UHGV virus genome: UHGV-0122840
DNA length: 17,970 nt
Direction: 5' to 3' (one strand)
Source: a virus
The notes under the pieces: generated by a model
The model's database searches: none
What the model saw: only the letters and a program-made list of their open reading frames with translations
Told to the model about the DNA's origin: nothing
Program-made: the position numbers and the translations under genes
Shown: positions 15,776-17,970 of the stretch, piece after piece
Numbering within the stretch: position 1 is the stretch's first letter
How the letters are laid out: every line of letters begins with the position of its first letter

Positions 15776-16284
15776 GAGAACTAAACCTCACCAAAGAACA
15801 GCATGAGTGGCTGAATGGCTGGCTTGAACTGTGGGGCGCATGGGTTTATTCAGGTCGTCTGGAAAAGCGCATGAGCAGCGTAATAGCGAAGTTCATGGAG
15901 AGCGTAGAGCCGGGAAGAGTTATGACAAGGCCAATGTGTAATGATGATGATGGAATGTTGATTTCTCAGGTCGTCGATTCCGTCATGTACATTGACAAGA
16001 AAGCCTTTGGCATCCTCCTCAGCTACTACGCTCATGGTTCATCTAAGCGAGCAATTGCATCCTACTATCACGCGACTGCAAAGCCACGCAAGATGTGTGG
16101 ACGTGGTGGCGAGGGATGGAGAAAACCTTCAATGGCAACCTGTAGAAACGAAATTGACGACATCCTGAAAGCGTCGTTATTTGTTTTGTACCAGCCAATG
16201 CAAAATGCTTTCAAAATGCGTAAACGTGTTGAGAAAGTTAAGCATGTTGCTGTTAAAAGCCTTGACATGCAATTATCTATTTAG
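15766..16284 (+). CDS. Late-gene antiterminator Q (172 aa; not lambda-Q type, possibly Q21/Q82-like)
   Basis: Position directly after ninI and immediately upstream of a promoter plus terminator pair. GTG start with GGGAGAAGG Shine-Dalgarno. Assignment is positional; the sequence is not lambda Q. Confidence 0.65.
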   Translation: MGIRELNLTKEQHEWLNGWLELWGAWVYSGRLEKRMSSVIAKFMESVEPGRVMTRPMCNDDDGMLISQVVDSVMYIDKKAFGILLSYYAHGSSKRAIASYYHATAKPRKMCGRGGEGWRKPSMATCRNEIDDILKASLFVLYQPMQNAFKMRKRVEKVKHVAVKSLDMQLSI

Positions 16285-16291
16285 CCATAAT
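16262..16291 (+). promoter_or_regulatory. PR'-like late promoter (TTGACA, 18 nt, CATAAT) overlapping the 3' end of Q; likely Q-binding/qut region
   Basis: Consensus -35 hexamer and near-consensus -10, with a terminator about 40-65 nt downstream. Confidence 0.5.
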
Positions 16292-16331
16292 ATTCACATA
16301 TGCTGCTGCTTTTGCATTCAGCAACCATCAC

Positions 16332-16358
16332 AAGCCCACCTCCTGTGGGCTTTTTTGC
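16332..16358 (+). terminator. tR'-like intrinsic terminator (AAGCCCAC CUCCU GUGGGCUU then U6)
   Basis: Perfect 8-bp stem, 5-nt loop, then TTTTTT, about 45-65 nt downstream of the candidate PR' -10. Confidence 0.65.
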
Positions 16359-16478
16359 ATTCGCGTGCAATCAAAACAAGAGTCTTAGTGATATGGGCCT
16401 GAGATATGGTGGTGGAAACATCGCTCCGCTCTTGGCTGTCATATCTACGCGAACAGGCTCTATCCCTAAGGTAAAGCG

Positions 16479-16991
16479 ATGAAAGAAATAAAATTAACGC
16501 CAGAAATGGTGCTTTCTGTTGTTGATTACAATCCATCATCAGGCGACTTTCACTGGAGATGGAGGCAGGGGAGAGAGAGGACCACTTTGACATGGAACTC
16601 TCGTTTTGCTTTCAAGAAATGCTCATCAATAAATTCTGATGGGTATTTAATGATTATGATTAATGGTAAAGCATGCCCTGCTCACAGACTGGCATGGTTG
16701 ATTGTTTATGGCACCATGCCCGATGGTTTTATTGATCACATCAACAGGGTAAGAACAGATAACCGGATATCAAATCTTCGTCTTGTCACTCATTCCGAAA
16801 ATATGCAAAACAGGAAAATTCAGAAGAATAATAAATCTGGATACCGTGGCGTGTCTTGGGATGCTAAGTACGGGAAATGGAGAGCAAGAATTAATGCGTC
16901 TGGAAAGTGTATTAACCTTGGATACCATGACACTGCCGAACTTGCCGCTGCGGCTTTTGAGGCAGCCAGAATGAAATATCATACCGTTTAA
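16479..16991 (+). CDS. HNH homing endonuclease with AP2-type domain (170 aa), diverged paralogue of the 11513-12124 gene
   Basis: Shares AHRLAW..VY..P..FIDH.N..R.DNRISNLRL.T..EN and GVSWD...G.W.......I.LGY.D..E.AA with the first HNH gene. AAGGT Shine-Dalgarno. Sits between tR' and the lysis genes. Confidence 0.8.
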   Translation: MKEIKLTPEMVLSVVDYNPSSGDFHWRWRQGRERTTLTWNSRFAFKKCSSINSDGYLMIMINGKACPAHRLAWLIVYGTMPDGFIDHINRVRTDNRISNLRLVTHSENMQNRKIQKNNKSGYRGVSWDAKYGKWRARINASGKCINLGYHDTAELAAAAFEAARMKYHTV

Positions 16992-17000
16992 AGATGTAAG

Positions 17001-17046
17001 CTGCCGTTAGTGACTCTTAAGTTGCAACGGTGGCTTTTTTATTTGC
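17001..17046 (+). terminator. Possible terminator after the second HNH gene (imperfect stem, T6 run)
   Basis: CTGCCGTT ... AACGGTGG stem with two wobble pairs and a long loop, followed by CTTTTTTATTT. Confidence 0.35.
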
Positions 17047-17366
17047 ACAACAGGTAAGAGCATTGAACCCGCAGACCTCGCGGAATTGGTGAAAGGTGCC
17101 GCGCAGTGCTCTTATCGTTGTGGTGAAGCTCAATGGCGAGCTAGCAGATAGGCGATAGTGAAAATACTAGTCATGTAGCTGACCGCCGCGCGTACTGCAA
17201 TCGGCAGCGCACCGATGGAAGCCGGTTCGATTCCGGTCGCCACAATCCAAACTGAGCCGTAGCCACTGGCTATCCTGAACTCATCAGTGATAGTTATGCT
17301 GCGGCCTTCTTTTTTCCCCTTCCCAATATAAGAACTACGCAATCCGTTACTGGCGGAGGCGTTGCT

Positions 17367-17582
17367 ATGAAATCAATGGACAAAATCTCAACTGGCATTG
17401 CCTACGGCACCTCCGCAGGCAGTGCTGGCTACTGGTTTTTACAGTGGCTTGATCAGGTCAGTCCGTCACAGTGGGCTGCGATTGGTGTACTGGGGAGTCT
17501 GGTTCTGGGCTTCCTGACTTATCTGACAAATCTGTACTTCAAAATCAGAGAAGACAAGCGTAAGGCTGCACGGGGAGAGTAA
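17367..17582 (+). CDS. S: Phage-21-type class II holin / pinholin S21 (71 aa) with dual-start motif MKSM
   Basis: Translation [71 protein letters not shown] matches S21 as recalled (two transmembrane domains, Met1 and Met4 starts). GGAGG Shine-Dalgarno. Confidence 0.9.
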   Translation: MKSMDKISTGIAYGTSAGSAGYWFLQWLDQVSPSQWAAIGVLGSLVLGFLTYLTNLYFKIREDKRKAARGE

Positions 17583-17586
17583 TTCA

Positions 17587-17937
17587 ATGACTCAAAACTA
17601 TGAACTGATTGTGAAAGGGATCCGCAATTTTGAGAATAAAGTTACGGTAACTTTAGCGTTACGGGACAAAAAACGCTTTGACGGTGAAATTTTTGACCTG
17701 GACATCTCGCTGGACCGTGTTGAAGGTGCCGCGCTGGAGTTTTATGAGGCAGCAGCCAGAAGGAGCATCAGACAGGTCTTCCTGGATGTTGCTGCCGGGT
17801 TATGTGAAGGGGATGAGCAGTCGCCGGAAAAGCGCCCCGTAATTTTAGAGGCGCAGAATGTGTGGATAACCTACAAAGGAAAGCTACCAGGAATAATTAC
17901 TGGTTCTCTGAAGACTCCTCCGGAATCACAACATTAA
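17587..17937 (+). CDS. Hypothetical protein (116 aa) immediately downstream of the holin
   Basis: GGGGAGAG Shine-Dalgarno 7 nt before ATG and a 4-nt gap after the holin stop. No lysozyme, SAR or other recognisable motif. Confidence 0.6.
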   Translation: MTQNYELIVKGIRNFENKVTVTLALRDKKRFDGEIFDLDISLDRVEGAALEFYEAAARRSIRQVFLDVAAGLCEGDEQSPEKRPVILEAQNVWITYKGKLPGIITGSLKTPPESQH

Positions 17938-17970
17938 GTCACTGACCGGAACAGATAAACCTGTCCGTGG

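Noticed and set aside
17040-17260. A complete tRNA gene
   Set aside because: Only a T-arm-like motif (17221-17245) is convincing. Manual attempts to pair a 5' acceptor strand, D-arm and anticodon arm at tRNA spacing failed, so it is reported as a finding to be checked rather than a tRNA feature.
17130-17342. 70-aa minus-strand ORF in the Q-to-holin intergenic region
   Set aside because: Antisense to the late operon, no Shine-Dalgarno found, and it overlaps the tRNA-like motif; more likely non-coding.

Overview
This window is a slice of a lambdoid (lambda / phage-21 mosaic) phage or prophage of an enterobacterial host, in the same orientation as the lambda map. All calls rest on reading the six-frame ORF track and the sequence by eye, plus recalled protein families; no database search or folding was run. 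Minus strand, 1-5400, is the leftward early operon: N-like antiterminator, ral, a terminator-flanked membrane-protein insert, cIII, kil-like, a Sak4-type ATPase recombination module in place of exo/bet/gam, and an Ead/Ea22-like gene. The immunity region follows: nutL and OL/PL (about 5500-5660), then a cI repressor (7009-7656) that is co-oriented with two unrecognised genes in the slot lambda uses for rexA/rexB (5907-6958), then OR/PR and cro. Plus strand, 7765-17937, carries nutR, cII, an O-like initiator with an internal iteron origin, a primase-helicase instead of lambda P, the nin region (ninB, Dam-like methyltransferase, ninE, ninF, ninG, ninH, ninI), a Q antiterminator with a PR'-like promoter and tR'-like terminator, and the start of a phage-21-type lysis cassette (S21 pinholin). 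Two diverged HNH-AP2 homing-endonuclease genes are inserted in intergenic positions. The best candidate for an undescribed system is the two-gene operon downstream of cI; secondary candidates are the membrane-protein insert between ral and cIII and the unknown gene directly after the holin.
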